Both the position numbers and the translations under genes were made by a program. A stretch of 64,000 bases of DNA, taken from contig CM120640.1 in assembly GCA_051362555.1 (NCBI GenBank), positions 28,978,503 to 29,042,502 of the forward strand. The letters run 5' to 3'. The notes below the pieces were generated by a model. The model was not told where the DNA came from and did no database searches. It saw nothing but the letters and a program-made list of their open reading frames with translations. Each line of letters opens with the position of its first letter. Positions within the stretch are counted from its first letter, which is position 1. The DNA comes from Lingula anatina. Lineage: Eukaryota > Animalia > Brachiopoda. Shown piece after piece: positions 1 through 22,200 of this stretch.

Positions 1-1246
1 ATGAAAAAGCAACTGCACTTTCAGCACCCAAAGAGGATCAAGATATCAGAATATCTAATCAGAAAATCTTTGAATTGTTCACGAAACCCAGTGATATTGA
101 TAAAACGCCTACAATTCAAGAATATAGAGTTTATTTTATTTTTCAAACAAAGTATGAAATTACGTACGATATTGATGGGGCTAGTGCTTTTTTCGTCTTT
201 GAACTCGTCAGTGAACATAAAAAGGGGAATCTTAATTAAAATCATGCATGGAGATATGCAATAACTCTAGAATGGTTTATGATAGCCGAACAAAAGGGAA
301 CAAAAAAAAATATTTATTTATTTATTTTTTCTTAATAACAAAAAAAAAAAAGGAAATTCCTAAAACTGCCATTATGTTATTTCAGTCTCTCCAAAATTGT
401 ATTACCTACCTGCTATGATGTCCAATATCAATTAAATTTTTTTGGCAAAATTATAACTTACCAAAATCGGATGTTATTTATTTTCATTGTGCATTCTGGT
501 ATTTTTTTACTAGTTAAACCTTAAAATCGTATATGCAATTGTCATTGTAATAGTGGTTGTCATGGCAACAGTGACAGAGTATTTGTTTACTACTTAACTT
601 AAATTCATAAACTGAGTACCAAGAGTGTTTCCCACTTCATATTCAGTTTAAAAATTCATGATAATGTGTAAAAAAATAATTCAAACAGTTACCATAGCAA
701 CAGCTATCATAATGACGATTTTCATAGCAACAGATACATTAGAAGCTATTATTTTTTATTTTAGTGATGGCACATTATTTAGCATCATTTTCATCCAAAA
801 GTAGCCTTTGGACAGTGATGCTGAAGCCTTAGGTTGAAAAATCAAAAAAATAATATCGATCGCTATTGATATTTAGTAATGGTTGCCATGGAAATAATGA
901 ATAAATTACAGAAAATTGTATCTTGTCAGATTCTCCTTGGCATAGTGTAACTTTCCAGAAAATTTCAAATGGATATTTCACTCCATTCAAAAGTTATGCC
1001 AATTTTGTTTTATTGATTGGGCAATTAGGTGACACTTTTGGCTTCCACTGTTACATATGCTTGCATACAAGACATTTTCAAAATTTTGTGGCCGACTAGC
1101 ATTCTTGAAAATTTAATAACTTTTGATTGGCTTGCTTGATTTTCAAAAAATAAACTGTTTTGGAAAGCTCATGAATTGCTCTATCAGATAAGATCATTTT
1201 GGCTGATATTTATGTTACTATCAAAGTTGACCTGACCTCCCTACTG
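1..1246. repeat. Probable fragment of an interspersed repeat/DNA transposon in a PHF12 intron
   Basis: Recurrent CATGGCAAC/CATAGCAAC/GTTGCCATG motifs and an end ...CCTCCCTACTG|TA resembling a TA-flanked terminus. The other end is not in the window. Confidence 0.3.
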
Positions 1247-1954
1247 TAAATAACAGAGGTGATGCTAGAGTCATTCAAAAAAAAAACATCATACAAAATT
1301 TCAGGTTATATTTTGGCAAATAAACAACATTTCAACAAGATCTTCAGCCCCAAAGATTTCACTTTCTATAGTGAGCAGATAGCATACAACGTGTTTGATT
1401 GACAGGCAGTTTGTTGCCGTGACAACGAACTAGATATAGCCAGTTCATCCAGTCCAATCTGGCTCCAGCACAGTACTTGTGTAGATTCTGTTTATGGAAG
1501 TGTCTTTATTACTAAACCACGTAAATTTTTAACTAAATGAATGTTCAGTAGTGAACCTGATATGTGAATAAATTTTGTCTGCTGAAGTTCTGGAGGGTGT
1601 TCACTTTCATAATTTGGCGGTAAGTTTGCTCAGACTTCGTTTTGCGACTGCATGTGTTTTGTGCCAAAAGTAGGTCACTCTTTTTCAATGTCGTCTAGGA
1701 AGAGGCAAAAAGACGTTAGTATGCAACAAAAAATGATTTTTAAAAGATTTTTGCTCCAAATTTCTCATAAAGCATGACCTGTCCGTCGGACAGCCAACCC
1801 TGCAACTTCACCTGTCCGAACTGAATTTTTACCTGTCCCGGACAGGCGGACAGGCGCTAATGTCGAGCCCTGATATGCTCTTAACAATGGTATATTCTTA
1901 ACAATGAAATTCATCAGAAGGGAATTTTAATACATATATCTATGATAAGCTCAC

Positions 1955-4900
1955 TTCTTCTTGTTCCTCTAGTGTAGTTTCAGCCTGAGGGGCAGTGGAC
2001 TTTGGTGGCTGCTGCTCAGGTGATGGGGTCAGCACTGGACTGGGCTTTGGCAACATGGGAGGAGGATACTGGTAGAGATCCTTGATGGCTTGAGGGACCT
2101 GAAGGGAAGATGATATGTCATAACAATAACAATCATAAACAGTGGGTGCTTTCCCAGAGATTTAGATCGATCTAGAGATTAAGATTTAGATCGACCCAAC
2201 TCCCTGGGGTTCACGCTAAATTGCAGTCAGCCGAGCGGGCACCATAGTTAACTACCCCCTTACAGCTTTTAGTAGGCGGGACAGACGCTTAAGCCGGCCA
2301 AGCTGACAGTAATCTAGTGAGACTCCCCACAGGGATAGATCGATCTAAAAATCTATGGAAACGGGGTGAGTGTGTGCTTCAAGGAGAGAAATGTAACACT
2401 AATTATTACACTGAAATCATATTGTTTCTTTGCAAGAGAATTAAACAGGGACCTCTAATACCTAAAGATTAAAACACCTAAAAGTGGAAGCCCAACTTCA
2501 CAATCAAACTTGCTGAACAAAAAATTAGCGATTATTTTAGAACATGAATTATTAAAGCACTGGTTTCTAATATTTCCATTAACAATTAATAAAGACATCC
2601 ACATCCTATATTAGCTTCTGATATGAGATGGTAAAACATAAGCAGTATTTGATATATACTAACATCAACAGTCTTTCTTGAAGGGTGTTTGACTTTGATC
2701 CTGAAAGGCGGACTCTGGCGGTGAATTTTCTTTAGAAACTGCACTTTTACACTATGCTGATTGACTATTCCAGAAAACTGATCCCACAGTTTCACACGTT
2801 CTGACAAACTCACAGACTTTAAAATTTTTTCATCCTGAAAGCAAAATAAGGTTCAATTATCTTTTACCGGCCTTTACAAAAGCATTTCCACATAAAACAT
2901 AGAGAAATCATGAAATAAATTTCATATCAAAATTATGTATCAAATACTTACTACTGACTGAAAATAAGACTCAAGCTATCAAATAAATATTATACAATCT
3001 TCTTTAGCTCTGATTCAAACCACAGCTTGATTTTACTCTTTTCAACTGGTAATACACAATGAATGAGTGGACTAGAAGCAAATGTACTAACCACAAGATT
3101 CTCTGCATGGTTAGGACACATCCACCTTCCAGAAGGTAATGAGGGCATGGGGGGATTAAGACAGTCCATGTGGAACAGCAGAGGGCAGTAGTCACACTGG
3201 ATTAGTGGGGCAACCCTGCAACTCCTGGAATAAAGACATTGGACAGTTTACATTAAGGGCTGTCCATGAATTATACCAGCCACTTACTTACACCTACAAG
3301 TAGCTTATTAAGAACCAGGTTGTTAATAATCTATACAAATAAGCATTTTAAGCATGCCTAATAGTTGGAAAACTGAAAATTCTGAAAACGCTGCTTCAAT
3401 TGCTCATAGCATTTAGACTATATGAAAAAAATGTATTTCAAAATGAAGACTAAAAATCCTGAGATCAGACATCATCCTGAAAAATTTCATCCATGAGTAA
3501 AAAATTGAAGTAAATTTTGAAGATAAAAATTTTTTCACAAACCTGTCTAAGTATCAATAAAACATTTAGTAGGATTGGAATAGGTACTGATAAAAATTTC
3601 AAACCTAATTTACAAGACACAGCACTTAATATCAATATTTTAACCTTAAAGAAGTCGCTGCATTTGCTCAAGACAAAATAGAATGAATCAGATAGATGAT
3701 ATCATGTCCGAAATTGGAAGCTTTCACTGCATTTTGTTATATATCCAACCAGACAGGTTTTTTTTTTTTTTTTTTTTTTTGCAACTAGTGTTCTTTATAA
3801 GTTTGAAAAAGAAGACATATTTTGCCATTTCAACATGCAAATACCCTCCGTCATTTAAAACCTAACCATATGAAAATAACAATCCACAATGCTCTCATAA
3901 CAGTGTCAAAATCAATATTTACAGAACTGATTAACTGATTATTAATTTCCCCAAAGCTACAGATTCCTACAAACACCAAGTTTTTTTCTATGTGTTTCAA
4001 GATACAGAAGCAATATAAACTGATCTTTCATGCAGACCAAAATTACCAAATTCTATTTGACCTGGTTTGGTTTTGGTCAGTAAATGTATCTGATGCATTA
4101 TTGAAATATGGGCTGGACTGTGTTAGTAAAATTAACCAATTTCCTAATGCTACTCACTCACTCAAGTAATAAAAGACCTTAATCAAACAAACCCAAGGTA
4201 AAGTATACCATTGAATGATTAGATTTGACATTGACACAGTAAACAATTCTATTTAGAACTAGAGCAAAAAATATCTACACACTTTCTAAGCTAAATAAAC
4301 GACAGGAGCAGTGCTGTTTGCCTTCATATTAACAACAATCTTAATGGAAAATATGTGAAGAAAAAATTGCTTCACTGAATTTTTAATTGTATGGCTCACT
4401 GCGGCCTTTCCTTCCTTTACCAATGAAATATTCCTTACATTCAACAATAATTTTTAGACTGGTGAAATAAATTAATTTTGTTCTCGTACAAAACTGATCT
4501 GTAAATGTCACGACCCTATTTAAATGGCCTCTTACTTGCTACATAGAAAACACAGTCTAGCAGGCAGTGGAACCATGCCATTGTCCAGTTCATGGGCTAG
4601 CTTCTTTGGGGCATTTCTGTTACCATCTTTCACCCAACGCCTCTTACTGGAACCTGGAATTAAAGAATGACTCACTTTGAAAATCCAAACACATAATGTG
4701 AATTGAGAAATAAAAAAAAGCTTGACATTTACTTGAGTATACCTTAAATATGTTAAATAAATGAAACTGTCCCCATCACAGGAGGCATATCACAAAGTAT
4801 CAACATGCAACTCACTTCTTCCTGGTGATGGCAGTTTTCTCATTTAGATTTGATTTGTTTCAATTAATACATAATACTGATATTCTACTGATGACTAGCG

Positions 4901-7900
4901 TTGATATCTTGTTTATAGACTGACCTGGCAACACAGTATTGCAAGTCATATCTTTTGGTATCTCAAACTGCTTCGGATTCATCAAGCTGGCAGCTTTTAT
5001 CAAAGTCTGTAAGGGGTTATCCCCATCATCTGAGTCAACTGACATGACTTCTTCATCAATAGGACTTCGCCGATTCGATCCACGAGTTCGGGACTTTTCT
5101 GATGTGCGAGATGTGGTTTTACTTTGAGTGCTGGTGACTGAAGAGGCATCATCATCAGCCTTGAAAAAAAAATCAGAATAGAAAAATATAAATTATTAAT
5201 TTTTTTTAATAAGAAAGCAATCGATTTTATAGGTGTTCTTTATATTTAAAAAAATCTTATTATATATGTAAAAGATTGTTTTTAATTACATGTGAATACA
5301 AAAAACCATGGGTACAAAGTACTTCTTAGAATGGTAAATCCATCTAAATAATATTCATGTTAATTGTTATTCATGAGGTTGTTGCAGTCATGGAATAATC
5401 ACTTATGAATGTTGATCTTTAACATATGGCTACAGAGTAGCATCTTCCTCTGGTGAGCACTGCACATCCATGTCTTTCTCTACTATTTACATAGGTGTGT
5501 TTCAAGGAAAGGCAAGCATGAAGATCCAATCAGATAGTTTCATTATGGCCTTATAATACAACATTCAGTCAGCTACCAATGCACTACTGTAGGTGCCCTC
5601 AAAAGAAGAACCAGAATTTTCTATTCATGAGAAGGTATCAAATCAGTATTACTTCCATGTCTTGCAGTGCCAAGATGTTATCAAGCACTAAGTTTGAAAT
5701 GAGGGACAAAATTCAAACCTAATCCAGTTCCAAAAATTCCACTTCCAGGTGGTTTTTTGCTTTGTGAGTAACATACATGACTCAAATTCAATTTATGAAA
5801 TTGCCCAGACTACAAATGTAGCTAACTAACAAAATAAAACATGCCTGGGTTTTTGTTAGCATGTTATGCTTTACACACATCTAAAACCAATCTATTTTGG
5901 TCAAAGAAAAGAAAATGTGAATTCTCTACAGAAATTACTTTACTGAGAGCCCAGCATACTTCTGGTAGTAAAATGTATTGGCATATTCTCACTCTCTTAT
6001 CTACCCAGAGGGCTACTTACCTCTGAAGGGGGTGGACCCACTCGGCAGCGATGACACAGCCATTCCCCGGAGGGTAAATCGTCTTCACTGAGAGGCGGAT
6101 CACTAGAAAAAACAGATATTCACTTTACTTTATCTTCTGGCTGGTCTACAATGGCTTCATTACATGGAATAGCATAGAGCACAGAGTTGTCAGTCCAGAA
6201 ATAAAAAGGAATAAATTACTACACTAACTAAAAAGATGGATAAGAGGTCAATGGAGCAACTTAATAAATGCATGTTATCATGAACATCATTCCAAAGAAA
6301 TGTATTTACAAATTCAATATTCATTTTAAATCTATTTGGTAACAACATATTATAGGAGTGGCACTACAAAAAACATCCAAAATAAATAACATCTAAATTA
6401 AACGAATGCACATATTGAGAAACCATAAAACTTCATTCTTTATACAAGACCTTGCTAAGTAACATAAACATGGAACAATCAATATGCTATATGAATACTC
6501 CTTACTAATGTAGGTCACCAGCAGAAATGCAAGATGCTAAATTTACCATTTCCTGAAGCTGGCAGAGTTCACATATATTGTTCCTATTATGTAGTCTTAC
6601 AACATCATAGTAAATACTGCATGTTGAAATTTTCACAACTTTTTCTTTCTAAATAAACAATTAAGATTCCTTAGGCAAACCTTACATTATTTTCTGATAT
6701 TATTGGCTAAATGCCAATATATTGTGCCTCATATGAAGTAAGAAATCACACAAAAAGAACTAAAAATTAACTTTACTGTTAATCTTAGAAGATGGCAAGC
6801 CAATTCACGAGACAGCACTGCGCAGGAGAAACAACTGAAAAACAGGCACTTGAAAACTGATACAATCCAACCATATTTTTAGCAACTGCAGGCTGTTTGT
6901 TAGCACCAATACTTCTTGGCACATAAAATATTATTTAACAAGTCAAAATGACAAAAAAGCAAGAAAAGACATAAAGCAACATGTTAGTCAAATTATATTT
7001 CTCTTTCCATCTAAGACATGTTCTTGGTTCATCAAAAATCTGATAATGGTCATCCTATTTGGTCTTCTGCCGACAAATCTATGAAAACATAATGTAACAG
7101 ATCTATGAATTGTTGCCAACTAAACTACAACCCAATATGAGAAGTTATTGAAATCATAAAAAATTGCCACTGTAAGAGTGATTGGGTTCATTTACAATAT
7201 TACCCAAACATAGTGAAAGTGCAGTAATTGACTCTAGAGGTAAAAAAATTCACTTATTCCCAAAATAAACATCTGTCTGGCTGTAATTAGTCTTGTTTTT
7301 TGTAGGTTTACTCCCTTATTTCACAACTACACATGAAATGTTTGCCAAATGCTCAAGTAAATTTACTTTGGCAAATGAAAATGAAAAATATGTTTTTTCT
7401 CCATCTTGCCTATTTATCACTGTGACTCTAATTTTAGCCTAGGCTTAACCATATTTATTAACATGCAGAGTGAGCCTGGATCTAATTTGCTAAATATGTT
7501 GCGAGTAAAATTATGCAAAATTTTATCCAGAAGAATTTTGGAAAACAAATTAAATATATATCATCCCAAGGTAATTCATTTCTGGGGCTTATCTACTTCA
7601 AACAAGCACTGACCTGTTGTTGAAAGTGAAAAACTTCTGCTCTTGCAGTTACAATGTTTTCAAATGAAACAAATATTAATGAGAATGTTACTAGTATTTA
7701 TATAATGTATGGCTATTGTTATGTTAAAGCTGGTGAGGCATTTGTCTTAATTTAGATCATTGTTTTATTGATAACACTGACCCTAGAGGAGTGGTCCAGA
7801 CCCCAGCAGTTGAGGTGCTGGTCTAAGAAGGTCAACTGACAGCATCTCACAAATCTTCTGGGTATATAATTTTTATAAAATCAAGCAGTATTTCATAGGA

Positions 7901-8404
7901 AATGGGATTTTACATTTCATACAGGGCAATTCTTCTCCACACACTGAAAAGGATAATACCAGTCTGTCTCCATGACACAGTTAAGTACCAATTCCCTGAT
8001 TACTTTACCCTGCTTGATCATCATATGGTTTACTTACTGGCACTGTAAATGGAAAGCAGCTGGGCAACGGTCACAACACAGCAAATCACCACCTTCCTTG
8101 CAACTATCACAACAATCATGATTCACAGCCCGGCCTGGCCGCCTGTATTCGCGTTCTGCCTTTCTCGATTTTCGACCATAGTCATCGCTCTGGGGCGGCG
8201 CCACCAATTTTTGGATTTGCTGGAAACAGAATGCAAAAAACAAATATCACCAAGCGACGCTTAACATGTGGCCTACTTCACCTGAAACACAGGAAAAATT
8301 CAACATGGCGACTCAAACTTTTTAGACATTCACCGAATCGTGAAATTTCTACCTACCTCCATGAGCCCGCCTGAGGTGTCCAAGTCATATTCGACAGTCG
8401 CCAT
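1955..8404 (-). CDS. PHF12: PHD finger protein 12 (Sin3/Rpd3S-associated), 5' part; coding exons 8404-8357, 8219-8038, 6102-6021, 5159-4925, 4653-4536, 3224-3092, 2834-2664, 2098-1955; continues beyond the left edge
   Basis: The spliced product begins [25 protein letters not shown], the typical PHF12 N-terminus. PHD1 is [33 protein letters not shown]...GEWLCHRC. It is followed by [37 protein letters not shown]2 ([25 protein letters not shown]...GRWMCPNH) and [12 protein letters not shown]. All introns are GT-AG with continuous frame. Confidence 0.93.
2145..2364. mobile_element. Degenerate inverted-repeat element (old MITE) in a PHF12 intron
   Basis: tttcccagagatttagatcgatcta ... tagatcgatctaaaaatctatggaaa are imperfect inverted ends. 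Confidence 0.5.
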
Positions 8405-8762
8405 TTTCTTCGAGTATCGTATGGGCAGATAAGAAGTTTACTTGAAAAAACTGAAAGTCTCTGGTGACAACAAATTCCACTTTTATCGAGTGGAAAGAGA
8501 AGTCACATATGACTTTGTCAAGCGATCCTCAACTGGGTTACCATCACACATTTAAAAGGTATTTCCTCGGTGACAACGGGGCTAAAAGACTTTTAAGTAA
8601 CTCCAAATAATGCTGCTATTGAGGTCGTACCCTTGCTGTAACATGCGATGAAATCGATGATCGTACAATGATAGAAAATGTAAAATACTTAAACTTTAAA
8701 GGTCCCAAAGCAGACCACTTGGTCTTGGCGCAAAATGTCGGACGACCTAATGCGCATGCGTG
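8302..8762. promoter_or_regulatory. Putative PHF12 promoter-proximal motifs (YY1-like and NRF1-like)
   Basis: AACATGGCG at ~8302 in intron 1 and minus-strand AAAATGGCG overlapping the start codon are YY1-like. TGCGCATGCG at ~8751 is NRF1-like. The region is locally CpG-richer. These are motif matches only. Confidence 0.35.
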
Positions 8763-10992
8763 CATGTGGAAGGGTGGATCTATAAGTTGGAATGTTTTTC
8801 GGCTGTATTAGCAAGAGTGAACTTGAATAAAACAACAGACATACGGAACAGATTTAAACAAAGAAACAAGCTGGTTCAATTTATATTTATGACGAAAAAT
8901 ACAACCATGTTTTTTATCAAGCATTTTACCAGTATGCGTTGAAAATGGTATGTTTAGGGCACGAGGGAGGCGGCAAGTCAACGCTCGGCTTTCATCTTGA
9001 AGTTGATCCCTAACACACATTTTTTCACTATTAATAGGTTTCATGTGAAAAAACTACACACATATATTCTTGTACAGGTAGCTTCATATGGAAGTGCAAA
9101 GCGTTCACAATGACGTTTATCATCATGGGTGAAACGTTCCCATTTAACTTTTAAGATGATAATTCATTCATGAGATCTGCCCTAGCTGTTAAAACGTAAA
9201 AAGCCCCCGCCCCCACATCCCATTCCTTGCTTGGTAGCAGTAATGGTAGGCCTACTGGGGTATTTTATTATTTGAAATCTATGTGCATCCTAGAAGAGGA
9301 ATGGCCCAAAGACACCAGTGCCCCTCCAAAAAAAACCCATACTGCAATTTATACCTCAGTGCCAGTTAAAACACAGCCCACTTATTTAATCAAGTCTAGC
9401 AAAAAAAAAGTGCTTTTCCACTGGCAGAGTTGCAAACCTCTGACAAAAAATGATAATAATAATAATAAAATAAAATAATAAATAAATAAATATATTTTGA
9501 AAGTTCATGGTATAATTAGTAAGCAAACAAAATGAATATCACAGCAGCTACAGTAATTTTGAACACCTAAATCAGTGTGTGAAACACTGTCCTATTAGTA
9601 TTAGTATACTCTCTTACATGTACATACCTCTGATACATCGCCTGATACTTAAGACCAGGTATAATTAGTTGCATGTGTCACTTCAGATTCAGAAACTTTA
9701 ATAAAAAAATGCCATTGGAGATCAATTTACTATCTTTGCCAAATCACATGCATTTTATCTTTGGTCAATTGAGAAAATTTGTAAATCCTTTTTGACAAAC
9801 AGTCACTGCATGTGTTAATAATCTGACCACTATCTGTCCATGCCAGTGCTGTCTCAAGGATCACTCCCTTACCTGCTAATCCATAAGTGCCAAACTGTAT
9901 CTTTTTTTACTGCAAATTTACTGAGTGGCCTTGTTTGGTAAAAAGACATTTTCCTTCCCGAAATCATCATGATGCAATTATTTTTACCTTTTTTATAAAT
10001 ATCGTTGCACTGTTGTTCACCGTTTGGTATCTGTATATATTTGCCAGCATTGCAAGTCTAGTTTTTTCATTCTTTCTTTATTTTATTTATTTATTTATTT
10101 TTTTTTTTTTTTTATTTTTTTTTTTTTTTTGCTGAGCAAGTGAATCCTGGCAGTAATTCACAATCTTGGCTGAACAAAAACGCATCGAGTAGGTAACTTT
10201 GCATTAGGTTTGAGCAGTATTTTGTTCACAACTTGAAAGGTTTGCTCATATAATCATAGCATTTTTAAAATAATTACAAGTATGTTATCACTCACTCAAA
10301 ACTTTTAGCAAAGAAGAAAACTTGCAATCAATTTCACATACGATTTGTGTCAAAATCAACAATATTCGTAATTGTCTTCACTTTTGAGCAATTTATTTGC
10401 CAACTTCACATTATTTTGATAAAAATTGATCAGAGATATTCAAAATACAACAAAATATGAAACATTTTATTTCATCTGCATGTGAAGCTGTTCTTTTTGC
10501 GAAGCATATTGTTGCTACCTCTACTGGTATGTACTACGTATGCTCATCTTAGAAAACTTTAATTAATCCAGTTTGAATGTACAAATACCAGTACTGAATA
10601 CAACATGAACGTACAACAGTCAGCAGACAACATTAACAACTTGTTTTATCATAGTTTGTGACATTCAGGATATACCAATATGTTGGTTGTTCACATCTCT
10701 TTCAGAGCACTTGCATGTGTTTCTGTAGAATTGTAGTACTGGTACGTAAACCGTTAAACACAAACATTTAATTGTAACATATATGTATATCAAAAGGATT
10801 CAACAAATGACTGTTTACTGATCATATCAGGTACATTTAAATCTTGGCTTACAGCTTGGCATGGTTGGAGTTATCAGTCAGAAAAATAGTTCAACAGCTC
10901 AATAAATTAACAAAATGACAGGTAAAAATGCTAAGAATTAATTTTTTTTTAGAATCTGAATATGAAACAAATTGTAACAACTCGGAAGCTCT

Positions 10993-17987
<6,995 letters not shown>

Positions 17988-19254
17988 TGCACTTGATAAA
18001 ATGACTCTAGGCGTCGCCACGTTTAGCACACCCAGCAAGACATGCCACGCTTGGTAACATGTAGCACGAGTAAGTCGGGGTCATCCCGCTATAAGTGCTT
18101 TTACTCCGAAAGACTTTTATTTAGATTAGAATGACTGTTCACAACTCAGCTGTCAACGTGATAGGTTTAGTGAACCTAAGAGCGATTTTAGAGCACTGCA
18201 TTGGTCTACCACAATAAAAAAGATCAAAATCAGTTTGGTATTTTTCAATGGATTTCAGTTAAATCACAATAGAACGCTATACCCTATAGAAAGATGACAG
18301 AAAAAATATTTACAGTCTGACTGAGCGCTTTTTATGGTAGTTCTAGGAAGTATTTAATAAACAATACCTTTGCTGCATTTAGTCAACAAAAGAGAGAAAC
18401 AGAGAGAAAGTAAGCAAGAAAAAGAAAAAAAAAAACTTAATAAAAATAAAGAAAGAAGCGAGGAAGACGGAATAAAAGAAATAAAAAACGAAATAGAGAA
18501 TAAAAAGGGTAAAATTAATAAAAATTAAAGATGATATAATACTAAAGCCGTGATATCCCATCTATCGCATTCTATAATTCGTGACTGCAGTGGGTCGGTG
18601 TTCAGAAGAACGCTGATGCATCTAATTTTTTCCTCTTGTACCGGTAAAAGGACAACTGGGAATCGAAAACTGTGTTAATTCGCAACACAAGTCCCATACT
18701 ATTGAGATTGTAGGTAATCAGTGATTTTTTTTTTAACAACGTTTATTCGAAAGAAATGGAGGCAAAGCGCTGGAAGCATTAAATGCTCTCCACAAAATTA
18801 AATAAGTAAATAAATAAAACAAATGGATACGTATATACAACAGAATAAATGTATAACTTCAAATATTTCAGTGATATAAATCCATCTAAGCATTCTGCAT
18901 TCTGTTGTAGGCCTACAACCCCTGCCTTCGGCTTTTATTTGCTAGTTTATACCATAGCTTAAAGATACAGGTGCCAGGTCTACGACGATGGTTTTGCACC
19001 TTCTCCTGTTAGTATCACTGGCACCTCTGATTACTTTAAACACGAAGACGATGAGTTATCATTCTGAAGATGGTCTCTCCACCTGACTCATCTGATTTAT
19101 TTCTAAGTTATCAGCATCTTTTGCATACCCACCCAAACAAGAAATGCATAAGGTTACGTGCCTTGACTACTAATAACAGGTGGTCGTCAAAGTATAGGGT
19201 TGGACATCATAGGATTTCTACTACTCGGGTTGCAAACTCCAACCCGCAACAGTC

Positions 19255-22200
19255 ATGGAATATTATCAATGTGGAATTTTTCTGCGATATGTAGTTTTTC
19301 TAGCTCTGACTTTTATGACTAAGCATTGCGTCCACGCAGAGAGTGGTTATAGATTAGTAAATATCGCCAGCCCCAGAACTAACCCCGCAGCCTGTGGAAG
19401 GTCGACGGCGTCCTGGGTATGTGATCCAGGGAGAGTTATCAGCGAGGAGGAAGGTAAATAGCGCCACTTTTAACCCTTAAACACATTTTCGAACACTAGC
19501 TTGACCCCACCTAGTAGGCTATGCCAACAAAAGCCGGGGCCCATTTCATCTTACTTTAGGATGGTATTGCCTGTAAACATTGTATTTGTTTAATCTTAAA
19601 AGTTAAAGACTTTCAACTAAAAATTTAAGGCTAAAAACGTATATTTACAAGTGGTCTACCCAATATACAAATTAGTCGAAATCTTAACTTTGTACGTTGA
19701 ATACACAACCTAATAGGCAGAGTGCTTATTTGCGTTAATCCTATAATGTTGTACGCTTCGGTTGTTTTCACACTCAAAATAAGCATTATCATTTACCACC
19801 TGTATCCGCATTACGTTTTCTGCTGAGTTTTGCTATTTAACGACAGCTAAATACAACCGCCCTGCATACATCTAGTGTAGCGCCATTACCTTGAAAAATA
19901 AAAGAATTATTATGTTTTGTTTATGATTTTTTTCCAAGGAAAGGCAGAATTGGCTTGACATAAAGCAATTTAGTAGTGTTCATTGTAGATAAAAGCATAA
20001 TCTTATAGTTGAATAGTGAAAAAACAAGATACACAAACTTAAGGGGATTAACTCGTATAAAGCAATCACGCTATGTTTAATTACCTAAATGTTCATTGTT
20101 AAGACATTCTTGGAAACAATCGGATACATTTGAGCATGCTGAATTTTTTCAAGGAGAAATTACTGTACATGTATTTTCTATAGGAAAAAAAGGACATTTT
20201 ATTGGAGACAGACTGTGTTTTGTTGCCATTATGAAATACCATTTCCCCGCATTAACTGATGTGAGAATGATCCTCAAGTATTTATTTGATAATGAGAGGT
20301 CCTCAGGTTTATCTTCATAACGCCCGTAAGGAAATTAGTGTTGGCATTATCCATAGATCACCTCATTAAATCGACTCCTGTGACGGAACTCGTTTTCTTT
20401 TCTCTCGTATTTCCACTAATACTATCGAAGTATTGAATCCCGCGTAAAATATTGTGATTTTCACATAATGAAGTATTGCGTCTGTGTTTTTATGCAGCCA
20501 GTGGCTTTCCGATCGACTGACACTGTAAAACATTTGCAAATCTACATGTTTGAGCAGAACATTGACTTTGTAATGTCTATTCACATTTTAAAGAATGTGG
20601 ATATGCCAGACTGCTTGTGCTTGGTTTGTTTAACTGTTTTATATTATCTACTGGTATATCTATTTGTGGTTGCCAAGAATGCTTTCTCATATTCAATTTA
20701 TCTACCTTTGAATTCACTGCAGCTGTGCGACTGAACCATCTGATTGACGACGTTCGTAAGCAGACCCCATGTGTGTGCCTGGACAAAAGTCGCTGTGACG
20801 CGAGCGCCCCTGGGATAGTAGTGGGTGTGTTACTAGTGCCAAAAGTGAGCCCACCAGATGGGTAAGACTACAAATTAGACTTCCTTTTGATGTCTATATA
20901 ATCTCTGATTTGTTGGAATCTTTCTAATTCGATTACTAAAGGTACACGTACACCCAAAATTATCGTATAATTTTTATTATTAGACAAAGTATAAGAGTGA
21001 TTCGTACAGATTACCCTGCAAATATAGAAGAGCAGAAATCAAAGGTACTTCCTGTATTAATTCGTAAACTGCACAGCGTGAATCTTGACTCACGTAACCA
21101 GTTTTATGCTGTTGAACATGGTCTCCTGGCCTTGTGCCTGCAGTGAGTGAGTGCAGTGCAGTACAAGCACATGCATTTTGAAACATACTGTAAAATTTTA
21201 AGTGACAATGTGGAGTGTTTGTGTTTGTGTGTGGAAAAGAAAAAAAATCGTGTCTATACATGAAGAAACAAACTTCAACGAAACTTGATTATAATATAAT
21301 ATAATATAATATAATATAATATAATATAATATAATATAATATCTCTCCATTGATCACTGCAGATCCAGCGTGGGACAGGAGATGAACAGATGGGCGAAGG
21401 AACTTGCAACTAGTCGCTGGAGTTTTGGAGCCTGTAGTGACGATATAGTCATTGTGTTCTCAAGAGACGATAGCAGACAAGTACGTTACTCACTAGACCT
21501 GTAGAGATTAAGGCTTCGTTCACATGCAATGTCTATTTTCTATTTTCTATTTTCGGTATGTCTTATGATCACGGTCTGTGCACTGAATATCCCGCCGCGT
21601 AATTACTGGCAGCGCGAGCCAGTTACTTATAGTAACTTATAGTAACTGGCTCGCGCTGCCAGTAATTACGCCGCGGGATATTTAGTGCACAGACCGTGAT
21701 CATAAGACATACCGAAAATAGAAAATAGAAAATAGAAAATAGACATTGCATGTGAACGAAGCCTTAGTAAGGGTGGGAGATTAGGCTTTTGTACTTGTGG
21801 CTTTGTATTGTAAATAGTAAAACGAACATGGATATTATCACTTTATGCAGTGTTGCACTAGCAGATTTTGCCTTAAGTCAATAATGCAAAAAAAAAAAAA
21901 GATTCCAAAAAGATAATGCATTTCATTTTTAGAAAAAACTTGGCTTTTTGTTTTACTTGTCTTCGTAAAAAATATATTTCAAAGGAAATCAATTATTCTT
22001 GTCGATTTATTTAAAGCTTGCAGTTTATGCAAACGGCCGGGTGGCGAGCAGGGTCGGTGGCCAACCTTGTCTTATAAGCATTCTTCAGGGCGTTCAACCA
22101 TATATGTCCGCAGCGAAATATGCGGAGGGGATGAATTATGCTGTGTCCAGTTTTAAGTAAGTATATGTCGAAGCATACATGTACTCGATAGTTTAGTCAG

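Noticed and set aside
17988-18038. Upstream extension of the LRRC47 ORF from a non-ATG start
   Set aside because: Family similarity begins at MMEPSWQEV, and the ORF caller used an alternative start codon.
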